A DNA stretch of 64,000 bases from a virus. Positions 63,588 through 64,000 of the stretch are shown one piece after another. The notes under the pieces were generated by a model. That model searched no databases. It worked only from the letters and a program-made list of their open reading frames with translations, and was not told the DNA's origin. Position numbers and translations under genes: made by a program. The stretch is taken from positions 1 to 64,000 of IMG/VR virus record IMGVR_UViG_3300042888_001941; one strand, written 5' to 3'. Position 1 is the first letter of the stretch, and each line of letters starts with the position of its first letter.

Positions 63588-64000
63588 ATGCCTAATCTAA
63601 AGCGTTCCTGTAGCTCTTGCACTAAGTGCTGCGAAGGCTGGCTTACTGGAGAAGCTTTAGGCTACTCGTTTTTTCCAGGCAATCCTTGTCACTTTGTCTC
63701 CGTAGGTAAAGGGTGCACCGTTTATTCTAAAAGACCAAAGGAGCCTTGTAAGTCTTATAAGTGTAGTTGGCTCGTAAACGAAGATCTGCCTGAATGGATG
63801 AAACCTGATGAAGTAAATGCCATTGTAGATTTTAGAGAGACAGATGGCATTCTCTACATGCAAGTCATTGAAGCTGGATCTGTTTTAGAGTCTCGTGTCT
63901 TAAGTTGGCTAATTCAATACGCTTTAAGAAGTAAGTATAACTTCTTATGGAGTATCAATGGCGAAAAAAACTGGATTGGAAATGTAGAATTTAATGAGCT
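63588..64000 (+). CDS. YkgJ-like Cys-cluster protein, partial
   Basis: Not in the ORF track. My translation MPNLKRSCSSCTKCCEGWL..PCHF..CTVY..RP..PC..Y.C.W, open to the window end. Confidence 0.7.
   Translation, partial: MPNLKRSCSSCTKCCEGWLTGEALGYSFFPGNPCHFVSVGKGCTVYSKRPKEPCKSYKCSWLVNEDLPEWMKPDEVNAIVDFRETDGILYMQVIEAGSVLESRVLSWLIQYALRSKYNFLWSINGEKNWIGNVEFNE

Overview
This is a 64 kb segment of a large tailed dsDNA phage. The host is most likely an actinobacterium, probably a freshwater Nanopelagicales/acI-type: the window has two WhiB genes, DUF3039, many leaderless TANNNT-6/7nt-ATG starts and an acI-like surface protein. Bases 1-21 kb (minus strand) are a head module: terminase, portal, a Dps-fused multi-domain protein, a 2436-aa acidic protein ending in GNAT-like and HipA/PI3K-like kinase domains, and a >1098-aa maturation-protease polyprotein that the ORF track missed because it runs off the edge. 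Bases 19-35.5 kb are an array of small-gene cassettes, each driven by a repeated extended -10 promoter (CCTGATATAAT) and usually an extended SD (ACGACG[A/G]AAGGA). The array includes a deacetylase-phosphatase pair, a proteasome-type protease, a subtilisin, an AAA+/VWA pair and several structured non-coding leaders or RNAs. Bases 35.5-39.6 kb hold lysis genes and a probable small terminase. An AT-rich repeat region at 39.6-40.0 kb looks like an origin, and the heptamer GCGGTGA changes strand bias near it. Bases 40-64 kb carry surface and virion-like proteins, a class II RNR, glycan enzymes, tRNA-Gly, thioredoxin and a two-domain ncRNA candidate. All family calls come from motif recognition by eye, and all counts are manual.
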